Origin: Xylographa opegraphella
Lineage: Eukaryota
NCBI GenBank assembly: GCA_022813865.1
Contig: JALDZX010000020.1
Coordinates: 124,001 to 188,000, forward strand
DNA: 64,000 nt
Direction of reading: 5' to 3'
Below are positions 25,697 to 43,237 of the stretch, piece by piece; position 1 is the stretch's first letter, and each line of letters begins with the position of its first letter. Position numbers and translations under genes: made by a program. The notes under the pieces are model-generated. The model ran no database searches, was not told the DNA's origin, and saw only the letters and a program-made list of their open reading frames with translations.

Positions 25697-26579
25697 TGAG
25701 AAATCTAGAGAAGAAACCGAAAATCCTGGCAAAAGGATGCCTTACGGGGAGCTCGAGATCATTGCACACGACACATTGAGTGATTTGAATCTGGTTAGCT
25801 TTAATCAACGCGTCATTCATAAAGTACCTCCCGTAGCGATGCCAGAGTTGTTGTAGCTCAAACATAACATCTGGTTACGATGACTGACAATACAGAGACT
25901 CTGGAACCTTTTACGAGAAGTGTGCGGTGACAAGGGGAAGTGAGAGTATAGTACCAAGCAAGGATAGTCGCAGCGCCTCGATCACCCCACCACAACAGGA
26001 AGGACGATTGGTTATCAAGGTATCTGATAACACAGCGGGCATAATATATGCTTGACAAAGTTTACTTTTATCAATGACTTATCTTGCAGTTTTTGTGTGC
26101 AACTATTCTGATACTGGAGCAAAAGTCACGTGACACCGTTTCAGCCCTCCATGATGACCGTGTCGTCCTTTCAAGTTTGTACAACAGACCATGAGTTTTG
26201 AAGTGCAGTATACAGCAGAAGTAAAAGCCTCGGAATCCAACTACTCTGATATGGTTAGAACTACCAACAGTATCAGACTCGAAAAAGTCCTGACTGTGAA
26301 AGGCCCAGTTATGTCGATCACCAATGAGACTGCCGAACACTTCAAAAAGCCATGTAGAAGGCGGGGAGACAACAATACGATTGCATGTTATCATGGAAAA
26401 ATGAACAGTGCTTGCCGAATAAACCTCAGCTAATGGACCACAAGTTGCCGACTGCACACATGCCAACGCCTCATCCCAGAAACATGCACTGATTAGCATA
26501 TTGGACGCCGGTACCATCACCACACCAAGCCATGGAAAGAACATTCTCACACCCTCTGATATAAAATGCTAACCTATGC

Positions 26580-27464
26580 CTAGCAACACTTTCCTGCTGT
26601 CGAATCCGATTTTGCTGACTCGCTCATATCCAAAACCTTTCGCTCGCCAATGGGGTTTTGCGATCCATCACCGTTATCAAGGGCTTTGCTTGAGACAATA
26701 CGATAAATTTCTAGACCTTGTGTCAGTCTTACTCTGAATTATGATTGATGTAAACCACAGATGCCTACCAGTTAGGATGTTCTGGAATGCAAGCTCGACA
26801 TTGCTGGCGTCAAGAGCCGATGTCTCGATAAATGAAAGGTTGTTTTCGCCTATCATACCATAAGTAAAAAGAATTCGGTATGGCTTGATAACGGAAAGGG
26901 GGAAGTCCTCACTGGCAAACTGTTTTGCTTCCTCCGTGGGTACCGCTCTGAGATGCCTCAAATCACTCTTATTTCCCACCAGCATGATCACGATGTTTGC
27001 ATCCGCATGGTCTCTTAGCTCCTTCAGCCATCTTGTGACATTTTCATATGTTTGGTGCTTGCTGATGTCGTAGACCAGTAGAGCTCCAACAGCCCCCCTG
27101 TAATACGCGGAAGTAATAGCTCGATAGCGTTCCTGCCCAGCCGTATCCCAGATCTGAGCCTTTATTGTCTTAGTATCCACCTGGATGGAGCGGGTTGCGA
27201 ATTCGACGCCAATGGTGGACTTCGAATCAAGGTTGAATTCATTCCGTGTAAATCGACTGAGCAGATTAGATTTACCAACACCGGAGTCTCCGATGAGTAC
27301 CACTGCGAGAATGGTCAGAATGTGCGTGAAGTCAAGCCACCCCTCTCTTTCACCAGCACGAGCCAGTTCTTACCTTTGAACAAGAACTATTCGAGTATTT
27401 AATCAGTGAAAGACTCTCGAGTTTGAGATAAGGGGATCCTGACATCATATTCGTCATTTGCCAT
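26580..27464 (-). CDS. YPT31: Rab11-family small GTPase
   Basis: [53 protein letters not shown]-terminal CC prenylation motif. Four introns, including a 13-nt microexon at 27374-27386. Confidence 0.96.
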
Positions 27465-28524
27465 GTTCAGAACCCGTCTTTGTGATAGATTGGAAATCTA
27501 GCGGAGGATGTGGCAGAAGGTTGCAAGTTGGGAGTTTGTTGAACGAATGCGGCAGTAAGCCTAGTAACTTGCTGGCGGCAGTTTAGTAGAACACTCAAAG
27601 GCCAACGTGGTGTTTGTCAAAGTGTAGATTGCGTCCTGTTCGTACCGTTGGTCTTTGTCCAGTTGATGTCTATGCCAGTATGGGTTCAATCGTAGGGCTT
27701 AGTTAGTACCTAGCGTATGAATATATGCGCAATCTCCAACCGGACAAATCTGTCACTTCGGAATAAGACGCGTTTCATATGATCCATCTTCACGCGAATA
27801 CATCTGACATTCAGATGAAACTGCTCCTGATCGGAGGTGCCCGAAAGATACCTGCTTGGCCTACTCTGTCCAGTGCACGAGTTTAATTACTGGATTAGCG
27901 CTGAAGCACCCCTGGAGACCTGGTAGTTCTCCTAATGTTTGGTATGCATGATCGAAGCCATATGTTCTGGGACGCTTGATAGAACTACAGCTTTGACTAA
28001 GCTTGCTTCTCAAGACTCTGACATTACGTTATCTACTGAGAGCTGTTACCTATACTTTCTCATATCATTGTGTCCTTGACGAAAGAGAGGAAAGTACTGC
28101 CGTTGAATATGGATCGCTGCGTTATATAATGATGTTCACGGCCCTTAATTCACACAATGACAAGGCATCTTGTAAAGCTTTTCCAAAAAATCGCTAGCAC
28201 ACTTTTTAAATACGTTTGACGGCTAACTATGTCCAATTATGTCAGTCTTTAAGGACCCGTGCTAGTAAATTCTGCGCAAGTACGCATCATATCTTGCCAG
28301 GGGAACACGCCTGGTGACTACATTGATTTCAAAAAGAATTGACATCAAGATCCTTTGACATCGCCGCTCTCGATCGCAAGCCTCTCTCGACCGGCCCATA
28401 TCCATCAGCAGTGACTTTTTTAAAGCGAACATTGCATGCTCGCCACAATCGTCTTGATACGTCAACATTCAATATCTACCATTCTACCCCCATTCTTCCT
28501 ATTATACTAGCTACAGGTCTCTTC

Positions 28525-31500
28525 ATGTCTCGGGAAGCCAGTGACGATGATTCGTCATTATCTGTTAATTCCACAGTTCCTAGCGAGCAGAGAGAAGAGT
28601 ACCCTCTTGAAGGAATCCTAGCAGAAAGAGTTTCCAATGGGGTAAAAGAATTTCTGGTCAAATGGCAGGGATATCCCGAAGAGCGTTGTACGTGTACATC
28701 AATGTCTTTTCGCAACTCTGGTATATGAACCACATTGGTAGTCTAACAAGTTATTTTCAGCTACGTGGGAAACTGAATCAAACTTCCGAAATGACACTAC
28801 TATACCAGAATGGGAGCACAAAAAATTGCGCATACGAAGAAAACTAGACGAGCCGTTTGATGTCTCTGCGCTTGAAACAAAAGTAGAACGCTGGGTGGCG
28901 GAGACAAAGCAGAGAAAGGCTCGTCGTAGGGCAAAAAGAATTCGAATGGGACTGCCCGTAGCGCCAGAAGAGACCGGGGAGGAAGAACCCGCCGATGCAG
29001 AATCTACCGGAGACACTTCTTCAAGCGAGGCAATCGAAGGAGATCTTGAGCCACTTGACGTTCCGAAACTTCGGACGGGAGCCCGCCGTCGAAAAAATTC
29101 TTCAAGCTCCATCACAATCCAAAGTGAGCATGAGGAGGTACGAATCCCTCTACGTCAACAAAAAATCGAGAAGAAGCCTCCTAATGTTCAGCGGCGACGT
29201 ATGAGGAAGAAGCCTACTACTCTTGACGAGGACTCAGAGACCGCAGAAGAATTCACCAGAAGGCGTTCCGCGGCAGAAGAGCCCTCGGTACAAGCTCGCC
29301 AAATAGGAAACATCGAAGTAGCCCACGAACGCAAGCAAAGACATTCCAACAAATCAAGGCATGCAAGCAGGGACACTAAGCAAGCTCAAGATAATGGCAC
29401 TTTGAACCAACGTCCTCAGCGCAAGGAGAGTCAGCCACAAGCAAAGCCATTTCCACAGCACGAGACTTCAATCCCAAAGCCCATATCTAGCTTGCCAAAA
29501 TTCACCACTTTCGCTAGCTCGAATTTCGGTCAAGCTGGGAGAGGACCTGCAAGGTTGGGACAAGCCCGTAAGTCGCCACTGTCTGGCGCCAAGCCTCGTG
29601 TGACGGGCGCTGCAATACTTAGCAACTGGGCAGCCAAGATCAGAACGAGAAAACCACTTGCATTTCGGCAAACAGACATTAGAGAGGACGGTGAGAGGAC
29701 GCGGACCTTTGGGAAGCTCTCCGTCAAAAGAAGATATCAAAAGGCTGGACGGTATGAGCCGGCACCAAACCCCGATGACTTAACTTTCGTGAATCTCAAA
29801 GATGGAAAACCTATAAAGAAGCCATCCGCAATCCTATCACCAATGCCTTACAAAACACCCTTTCAAATGATCCAAGACGGTCTTACTGAAGCCAATAAGC
29901 CTGTTGGTACGAGTTCACGCGATGTTGATATGGTTGATTTGCCTAACGGCGACGACGATCGCAACATTATCCTCGACGCGAGAACTGACAGTCCGCAGGA
30001 TATCGGGATAAGCGGCGAGCTCATGCAGAGCGGCGATTCACATTGTAACCAGGAGAGCCTGAGCTTGGTTGGCAACGCACTGCAAGCATCCAGCAGAGAG
30101 TTGGCGCCCTCTGCCGTACGGATCCAACCAGTAGTTTCTCCTACTGATCAGGCACCGTTCTCGCCATTCGAAGCGCATGGCTCTCTTAGCCGCCGGCAAA
30201 CAGAGCCATCACCTATGCTGGCTCATAATTCTTTCCCAGTAGAGACATCCGCACAAGCGGTGCTCGCACCTATGCACGAGAAGGGTCTCCAACCGTCGGG
30301 GTCAGGAGTATCGATCTGGAGCGAAAGACGTGAACCGTCACGAGATTATCCTGCAGGCGAGCTACATGTTCGACCATCTGAGAAAGCGGATATTCATTCA
30401 GAAACCCCAGACACATCGCAACGCTTTCCTTTAGCGATTCTGCGCGGTGATGCAGGATATCATCAAGGCCTTCACCACAACAACTATAAACCATATCAGC
30501 ACGAACATAATAGCTTAGAAAATCTTTCAGATGTTCTGGGTACAATACTGATTGGTTTAGAGCACAAAGAGATTGCTGATGTTAGATTCCGTGGCCTTAA
30601 CAGGGCTTGTAAGCAACATTTCATGCGGATCAAGATGCCCCCAAGGCAAATGCATGTATGGTGTAAGCATATCTGTACCGCAGCGGATTTCGCGAAGTAC
30701 TTTCATACTGTAGGTGGTATTCTTGTTATTAAGCTGACCACGGTTGCACTGATCTCTGATTTGAACAGGAGAAATACATGTACTACGGAGCTGGCCATAT
30801 AGTACCCTGGCCCAGCAACCAGAGTATAGTGAACATCATGACTGATACACTGATAAGTCATGATGCCGGCGGTCTCTTCTTCTCTCCAAGCTATTCGCTT
30901 GTAGTGTATCCTTCTGGCCTTAATTCGTGGAAGTTTTTCGATGATAGATTTGTTGATTCACCTCAAGCCGGTCTAAGATTTTCTATGTTCACTCCCGTTC
31001 CGGAGCTACTTAATCATACAACTCAACAAATGGCGCAAGTCATGGGATCTTCGGCTCTAGAGCTCGAATCAGAGGCAAACGTTCTTTTTCAGCAATTCTT
31101 TGGGGTCAAATACACAAACATTCTATGGCAAGGAAATACGAACAGAATACAAAAAGACAATTTCTATCTTATGTATCCTGCAGAGCTTGAGGAAGAGAAA
31201 AACGTTATAAGCCTCTGGCTGGAAGCCAATACCGCCAAGATCTACAGTTCCTTTGAGGTTGGTGGGTGGGATAAGTTTACGAGCTCTGTAGAGGCTGGAG
31301 TTGTTCTGGTCCGCGATCCTTTGCTTCTGTTTGCTTTCCAGGCTGTACAATAGCTCACATCTCGCAGATCCACGAAAGTGTTACACGACTCCACGTAATT
31401 CCAGGTCTGGCCCGCTTATTGCGACGACCATTCAATATCTTCTTCATAAACTTGCGCCCCGATCGCTCAAAATTCGAAGATGGGTCCTCGAAGTGTAGAC

Positions 31501-32284
31501 TCACGCGACTCTTCCCTCATGGAGGAGGTATTCTCCTCACAGACTCTCTCTTCCTCAACTGTCCCGAAGCAGCTGTTCGTATCCTCACCTGGTTCCGCAT
31601 CTACATTCTCCACTCCAAGCCCGATGGCACATGGAAGCTGGTCACACGTCCTCGCATCCGTGACTGGATCCTCAGCATCGTCGAAGAGCGCACTAAAGAG
31701 GAAGGGCACATCTTCATGCAGATCTACGAACAGATCTACTATATCCTGCCACACGAGCTCATGGACGAGACCGATGACTACGAGACCCCCAAGGAGGAAG
31801 CACCATTTGTCAGCGCTCGCGAAATAGCCGCCCATGATCCCTTCGTCGGCCGTGGAGATAGGCGGAACGACGTGGAAGGCATCGCCAGAAACGATGAGGT
31901 TCTGGCAGACTGGTTTGCCGGCTGGACGCGCACAAGAGTGGAATATCTCAGAAAGTTCCACATCGTTCATGAGGTGAAGGAGGGAGGCGAGGCTGTGCGG
32001 AAGGGGTGGATGAAGAAGTGGTCCCATGTAAGCCTAGCTACCATTTCGATCTACAACCTCTTATTGAAAGCAATGGCTGACCAGCAGCGTAGATCGCGGC
32101 TCTGACTCCAGATGAATTCTATAAGATGCATGGCGTAGTGGCGTGGGAAGTCAAGGATAAGGAGAAGGCCGAGCAGCGGCATCGCGAGAGAGAAAAGCGG
32201 AAGGCTTCTGCAGCCGGCTTGGAGCATATGGTGACAGATCAGGGCAAGCGATCGGGGAGTAGGAAGTCTTCCCTTGTGCAGTAA
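28525..32284 (+). CDS. Chromodomain protein, Chp1-like architecture (N-terminal chromodomain, disordered middle, conserved C-terminal region)
   Basis: EEYPLEGILAERVSNGVKEFLVKWQGYPEERSTWE after splicing intron 28688-28760. C-terminal globular region includes RLFPHGGGILLTDSLFL. Four introns; TAA at 32282-32284. Confidence 0.8.
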
Positions 32285-32605
32285 CTGCCGTTGGGTATGA
32301 TAATGGGGACACCAAATATTAACAGATATGTGGTAGTGTCGACAAATCTGGCCTTTGCAGCTGTGGCGATCAGAAGTTGATTCATACTTGATGCGAGACG
32401 CGACCTTGATACACTGTTACGCTGAAGCTTGTATTTGCATCGAGTTCAGGAAAACTCCCCACATAGGGTATCATGTTAAGGAGTCGTATCTTTCAGTTCG
32501 ATTTGAACGATTAGAGCTTTTTGCACTACCGCAAGGAGTAAATAGAGATCGGTTTTGTACAATGCTAACTACGCTGCCCTTCTGCCCGCTAACATAGCAG
32601 CTAAT

Positions 32606-34584
<1,979 letters not shown>

Positions 34585-34878
34585 TGTGACGTGTGTCAAA
34601 GAGGGATATGAGATGGATGTGGAGAGGTACAGTAGACGTTGGAGCTTGATCGGAAGAAGTAGGATGAGGTTCTGCGAAGTTTAAGAGCAAAAGCCACTAA
34701 ATCACTTTAAGCTAGACTCCTAAAGACGACCTCAATTTCCAAAGTGACGAAAGTAACTTCTCGTTCGTCAGCTTGACTGGGTGACAGCAATTGGGATTTT
34801 CATGTACGAAATATGTTCGACGCTTTGTATGGTCTTCTACTGACGGTCAAGTAATAGAGATTACGACAGTTCGTCGTA
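34585..34878. promoter_or_regulatory. Probable bidirectional promoter between ATP2 and COX5
   Basis: Divergent start codons are 294 bp apart; inferred from gene geometry only. Confidence 0.6.
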
Positions 34879-35689
34879 ATGTTGCGATCTCTAACTCGAG
34901 CTTCCCCGAGCTCTTCCGCCCTTTTCCCTCGAAGTATACAGACAACAACGCGCTTTGTCAAGCCCGCAGCAGCGTGTCAATACAGTACGCAACCTCAGCA
35001 AAGGCGCGCGGCTAGCGCTCATGCCATTTCAAATCCTACACTTGCGGGAATCGAGAAGCGATGGGAAGCAATGCCACCACAAGAGCAGGCCGATCTGTGG
35101 ATGGCATTGAGAGACCGCATGCATGTCGATTGGCATGAGTTGACACTGCAAGAGAAAAAGGCTGGTGCGTACATACAAAGAGTTTCGGTCCTACGGGCAC
35201 AGATTGCACTTCACACCCTGGAACTGGATTATCAGAAGCTGCATTCCAACCAATTACTCTCATATGTTGAGCACTATCATATGGTTACTTACGTATATAA
35301 TATGTTTATAAGGTGCCAGCTGACACAATGGTCTTGTCCTAGCATACTGGATCGCATTTGGTCCCCATGGCCCACGGTCATTACCACCACCAGGTGAAGG
35401 ATGGAGAATCTTCAACTTGACAATGCTTGGTGTTGGTATATCTTTTGTGCTCTTCCTACTCATTCGATCACAAGCAAGACCTGCTCCAGGAACCATGAAC
35501 AAGGAATACCAAGAAATGACGAACGAGTATCTCAAGGTAAATCAATCCTCACAACGTCACTTAACGCATCTACTAACATGTTCATTCGCACAGGCTCAAA
35601 ACACGGAACCCATCAGTGGTGTTTCATCTGAGGGCTACAAGGGCAAGGGGCAAGTACAAAGTGGTCCGAAGCAGAAAACTAAGGAATAG
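34879..35689 (+). CDS. COX5: Cytochrome c oxidase subunit V (COX4/COX5 family)
   Basis: Mitochondrial presequence, AHAISNPTLAGIEKRWEAMP, DWHELTLQEKKAAYWIAFGPHGPR, one TM helix, TMNKEYQE..EPISG. Two introns. Confidence 0.95.
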
Positions 35690-36264
35690 GAGGTTTGTAT
35701 TCTAGTGGTTTTGCAATTGTTCCCACATGGGCTTGTTATCAGTATAAACATAGTGTGCCACAAGTGTTTTTCGTAGTTATGCTTTTTGCAGCATAGCGCA
35801 TGAGAAGACGCAGATGAGGTGGCGCGAGTTCAAAATGCTACACCTGTACAGATGCAAATGGAAACCATATCTCAATCATCGTGGAACGTGTCATGGTCTG
35901 GCTTACTCCTTTAACAATTTTTCTTGCACCAACCCTCATTCAGTGAGCTTCGGTTAGGTTTCCAGGGAAGAGACACCGTCCCCAAAATCACAATATCACT
36001 TCGCCCATAGCAGTAGTGGGAATTGCACACTTATCCACATTATTGAAATTTGCACAGGCGGAGATGTCCATATAGACTCGAGAGATTTTGGCAGTCTGTA
36101 CCGCCGCAGTAATTTGGCGCCATAATGGATAACATTGGTGTTGCAGGTCACCGCGCTATCTTCTAAACGGCGCTTCTAAATCAAGTAATATCCTATGGCA
36201 TGATAAATCATCAAGCCTCCAGAGCACCTGTACGCAAACCCTGACTTCCCTGTTATACGAGGCC

Positions 36265-38209
36265 TTATATCACGCCGGCTGCTTTGCTCTTCTCTCTGTA
36301 CTCTTCAAAGCTTCCCATTCCTCCATCCCCTCCGCCTTCCCCCGCCTCCACTCCTCTACTCTGCCGCATCCTTGCCTCCCATTCCTCTTCCTCTGCTGCA
36401 AACATGGCATGAAATCTATGTTGTTGGCCGCGAGCTAGATAAATGGGCGCTTGTTTTCTCTGGGCGACAGCTTCTGTGATCAGGATGTGCTTAATGCTAG
36501 ATCCTGGTGCGCAGATTAGAATACTGGTCCATCAAAATTCACCGCCGGACATACCTGGCGCCTCAAACATCGCCTCACCCAATAGCCTTTCTACACATGT
36601 CCTCAGACCTCGTGCTCCAGTCCCCATGCCCAGACTACTCTTTGCTATCTCACGTAATGAACCACTTGTGAACCGCAACTCAACCCCACTAAGCTGAAAC
36701 ATGTGCTCGTATTGCCGAACAAGACTATTTCTAGGCTCCGTGAGCACCCGTACTAGAGCTTCTTCGTCTAGTGCTGATAGAGCTGTGGTAATAGGTATCC
36801 GTCCTACGAGCTCTGGTATCATCCCAAAGCTCTGTAGATCTGAAGGCTCCACGAGATCGAGTGGATTGTAGTTGGCGGACTCATTAGGTGACGAAGGAGT
36901 GAAGAATGGCAAATGTTTCTCGAACATTTTGCTTTCCGCTGAGCCTGGTCTTACAGACAGAGTCATATCTGGATTATCCGAAGACAAAGAGGACGACGAG
37001 CGGATAGGCGATCCAAAACCAATTGAGCCCTTGGAGACACGATTAAGAATCATCTTGTTTAATCCAATAAATGCCCCGGTAAAAATGAATAGAATATTAT
37101 CCGTTCGTATGCTATATGTTTCGCCTTTTGAGGGACCCGGGTTGGACCCACCAGAACCAGAAGAGGCATACTTGCCACCGTATATTGGACTGCCTATCGA
37201 ACCGCTAAGGTCAAGCCCGCTGGCTGATCTTGATGGAGCAGCTCGTTCCTGCTTGGCCTGAATATGCAAAGTGGTACCCTCGATAATTTTCAACAGCGCT
37301 TGTTGGACCCCTTCCCCGCCGACATCCTTTCCATGAGCTGTTTTGGCGGCCGCAATCTTATCCACCTCGTCGAGGCAGATTATGCCCTGTTCAGCCGCCA
37401 CCACGTCGTAGTTTGCGGCTGCCAAGAGTCTCTCTACACAAACCTGGGCGTCTTCTCCGATGTATCCTGCTTGCGTGAAGGGCGTGCAGTCAGACATGCT
37501 AAACGGTACGGCAAGGACGCGAGCAAGTGTCTTAGCCATAAGTCTATTCCCCAGCAAGTTATTACAATATTTCGGATGTGATGGAATGAAGCTACGGACG
37601 TCTTGCCAACCCCGGAAGGCCCAAGCAGCAGTATATTGGCCTTCTCCAACGTCAAAGGGGAAGGATCGGAAATAGGGGCGGCACCCAATCCCTCATGGCG
37701 AGGAGTAATTGGTATAGACTCTCGGTGGCCAGGAAACTCATCTGTTGATTCATTAGTGTTTCATCTTATGGCTATCAGAAGCGACAGCTTGCTGGCAAAC
37801 CTTCTAGAGGGTGGGCGTCGCCTTTATCTCTTCGCAGGCGCTGCTGCAAGTGCTCTTCTTCTTCCTCTTCTCTTCGTTGTAGCTCCTGTATCCTCTGATA
37901 ATGATTGTAAACAGCCACGCTTAGCACCTTTTTGGCGCGTTCTTGTCCCACCACAAACTGATCCAAGTGCTGTTTGAGTACCTTTGGGGTAAGTCTCGGA
38001 GCGCCAAGGATAGGCGCTTCTCCTAGAGGTCCGGTAGTAGGTTGGCCGGCTTCATAGCTGCCTGTGAAGGGCTGGTTAGAGAAGTCGGAGCGGAAGAATT
38101 GCCCAGACGGAGAGTTGCGTGTGGCACATGTTATGAATGACCGGGCAATGATAGACAATCCTATGTACGAAGCTCGGGCTTTCTGGGCACTTGAAATCGT
38201 CGTAGCCAT
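36265..38209 (-). CDS. MCX1: Mitochondrial ClpX-like AAA+ unfoldase
   Basis: [91 protein letters not shown]. Confidence 0.93.
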
Positions 38210-38883
38210 GGTTACTCCTTCGATATATACAAGCACAGGGAGGTCCTGCCAGACAACTCAAGCGTCGTGATAAGGTTAAAGCCAAAGTCTTGCTGACCTC
38301 AACATTAGTAAGTGAAGCTCGACTCAAGGCAGTGGACCTATCTGGGCATGGTTAGTTCTCTAGGTATATACATTGCTATGTTAGGATTGTCACCACTTAC
38401 TATACCCGACGAGAAGGCGTCTGCCAGCATAATACCGACCTTTGATATTGCCACTTACGAGTCCAGCAGCCAAGAGAACAACCCAGCGAGCTTCCCCGCG
38501 CCAAGAGCAGCCCTACGGATATGGTGGCCCCACTAACTTATCGAGCACCAAGCGGGACGCAGTGTGACGTTTGCTGCAAGGCTCGAAGCGTATCAAAATG
38601 CTTTCTGTTGGCTGTTGAGCAGTATTAGCAGCATCAACAGCATGGATCTGCCAAAGCGACTCCCTAAAACTGTGAACTCGCGTCCATAATTCTGCGGGGT
38701 GATAGTGTACCCAACCATTGATCTGGACTGAGATTTCTTTGCAAGTTCTTCAGAACAAGAAATAACCTGAATAACGCAACAGCCAAAAGCTAATTGTACC
38801 TCGTGGATTCCATTTCCACGATCTACCTACCAGCTACCACCCAGTTCCTGTTTCTTGGGCACTAGAAGCAGACGTAGCACAAG

Positions 38884-41191
38884 ATGGGGCTTAACGAATT
38901 GTCAGATAATTCTGTGATGGGCGAGACAGGCCATAGCAAGGTTCCTGCTGACGGCACAGGCAAGTAACGAATCAATATCCTCTTTTCATGATTTGACAAT
39001 GATCAGGCGTTATCCAGCTCGATCCATGGCTATCGCCTTTCAAGGATGCGCTCCGTAGCCGTTACAGTCACGCACAGAAGTGGATCAAGACGATCAATGA
39101 GACGGAAGGGGGCCTCGACAAATTCAGCAAAGGCTTTACAAAGTACGGGCTTAATGTCCTTGATAATGGAAATATAGTATACCGGGAATGGGCGCCGAAT
39201 GCGAAGCAAGCCTACTTGATCGGAGATTTCAATGGCTGGAATCGGGAAGCTACACCAATGTGGAGGAATGACTTCGGCGTATGGGAGGTTACTCTACAAC
39301 CAAAGTATGGACATCCAGCCATTCCCCATAATACTAAGGTCAAGATATCCATGGTCCTACCTTCTGGTGAGCGTATTGAGCGAATTCCAGTGTGGATCAC
39401 ACGAGTGACGCAGGACCTCTCGGTATCCCCTGTTTACGACGGCGTGTTCTGGAACCCCCCACAGAATGAGCGATATCATTTTAGGAACAAAAAGCCGGCA
39501 AAGCCAGCAAGCGTCCGGATTTATGAGGCCCACGTGGGAATTTCTTCTCCGGAGCTAAGGATAACGACGTACAAAGAGTTCACACAGAATGTCCTTCCAA
39601 GAATAAAAAAACTTGGCTACAACGTCATTCAACTAATGGCAATCATGGAGCACGCATATTATGCAAGCTTTGGCTACCAGATCAATAGCTTCTTTGCAGC
39701 GAGCAGTCGATTTGGCACACCCGAAGAACTGAAGGAGCTTATCGATACTGCTCATGGTATGGGTTTAACCGTACTTCTGGATGTTGTCCACAGCCATGCT
39801 TCGAAGAATATAGACGATGGCTTGAATATGTTTGATGGCACAGATCATTTGTATTTCCATGAAGGCCAGAAAGGCCGACATGAACTATGGGACAGCCGAC
39901 TATTCAACTACGGACATCATGAAGTCCTACGTTTTCTTATGTCAAACTTACGCTACTGGATGGACGAGTATCAATTTGATGGGTTTCGATTTGATGGAGT
40001 TACAAGCATGCTATACACTCATCATGGCATAGGGACGTGAGTTTACACAGGACTTACAAGAGATAGAACATGCTAATGCATCCAACTCAGTGGGTTTTCC
40101 GGAGGTTATCACGAATATTTTGGTCCCGGAGTTGACGAAGATGGGGTTGTGTATCTCATGGTTGCCAATGAGATGTTGCATCAGATCTACCCTGAATGCA
40201 TTACTATCGCGGAAGACGTCTCAGGAATGCCTGCTTTGTGCCTCGCTTTGTCTCTGGGAGGTATTGGCTTCGATTATCGGCTTGCGATGGCCATTCCAGA
40301 TATGTACATCAAGTGGCTCAAAGAGAAGCAAGATATAGAATGGGACATGGGGGCACTGGCGTTCACATTGACCAACCGCCGACATGGAGAGAAGACAATT
40401 GCTTATGCAGAAAGTCATGACCAAGCGTATAATTATTCCCGATCCATCACTCTTTGCAGCAGCTAACAGTGCCACAGACTTGTTGGAGACAAATCATTGC
40501 TGATGTGGCTCTGTGACAAAGAACTGTACACGCATATGTCAATTCTTTCAGAGTTTACACCAGTGATCGAACGAGGGCTGAGCCTACATAAAATGATCCG
40601 GCTTATCACGCATGCGCTTGGTGGCGAGGGTTACCTGAACTTTGAGGGTAACGAATTTGGTCATCCCGAATGGCTTGACTTCCCACGTGCCGGTAATGAT
40701 AATAGCTACTGGTATGCGCGTCGTCAATTCAATCTACCGGACGATGACATGCTCCGATACAAGTTTCTCAACGATTTCGACGCTGCTATGCAGTGGAAGG
40801 AAGAGAAATACGGATGGCTACATTCGGAGCAAGCTTATGTCAGCTTGAAGAATGAGAAGGACAAAGTCATCGTTTTTGAGCGAGCGGGTCTCCTGTGGAT
40901 CTTCAACTTCCATCCAACGGAGAGCTTTGCCGACTATCGGGTCGGGGTTGAGCAGAGCGGGACATATCAGATCATTCTCGACACGGACGAGACAGCGTTT
41001 GGGGGCTTTGGAAGGAACGCGAAGGGGACTCGATTTTTCACGACACCGTTCGAGTGGAACGGGCGAAAGAACTTCACTCAAGTCTATATCCCTACAAGAT
41101 CAGCAATTGTAAGTTGTCCCAAGCCGAGAACACCAGGACTGCATACTGAACTATGATTCATCAGGTGCTTGCATTGGAATCAACCCTGTAA
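38884..41191 (+). CDS. GLC3: 1,4-alpha-glucan (glycogen) branching enzyme, GH13
   Basis: [76 protein letters not shown]. Four introns. Confidence 0.97.
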
Positions 41192-41807
41192 AGAGGTTTC
41201 TATCACAAGGCGTACCGGACACACGAGGAAGTGCGGGCTTGCGAGATCAACTTCGAACAATGTGTGACGAGTGTGTACTATTAGCATACCTCCTTTCCTA
41301 TTATCAGCATTGTGAAAAATCAAATCGCGCCTATTGCGTCATGAGGCAGACGATAGCTATAGATGGTGCGCTGTGTCATAGAATTCTCTATCAATATTAC
41401 TTCTTTGTCCGCCGCTCGTAATATGATGGCCAAGTACGAAGTAGGCGGATCCTGCTATTTAGTAATCATTAAGCAGCTCGTGAGAGGAGGTATGGCGTCT
41501 GACAAAGGTTGCTGGAAAGCCATTACTGAGCCTCTGACTCACGAAAGACTCGTATAAACAGGTGACTGCCCGGTTCTAGTGATCCGAAGTGAGCATGGCC
41601 TTCCTTACCTGACTGTTCGAGGCAATATTGCCAATGGAATCTGCGGTGGCGGCAAATTCCGAGCGGCCCGATAAAATTCACCCCACCATGCTTGCTCTTT
41701 CTCAACAACTGATACATAATCCTCGACTTACATCCACATACTCTTCTCTCAAACTAGAAAAAAAATCTCTACCTAGCCACGACAACTTTTACGACAGCTT
41801 CAGTCCG

Positions 41808-41871
41808 GTACGCTTCTCGTACCGTTGATCGATCTCTGGAGACTACTGCTGACTTGTGTTGCCCCACTAAG
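41808..41871 (+). other. 5'-UTR intron of the GAPDH gene
   Basis: GTACGC donor, GCTGAC branch site and TAAG acceptor, ending 11 nt before the ATG. Confidence 0.7.
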
Positions 41872-41882
41872 AAATATACATC

Positions 41883-43237
<1,355 letters not shown>

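Noticed and set aside
26148..26253. Possible C/D box snoRNA (ATGATGA..CTGA with CCAT/ATGG ends)
   Set aside because: I could not identify a convincing fungal rRNA antisense element, and such boxes arise by chance; an Infernal/snoscan run would be needed.
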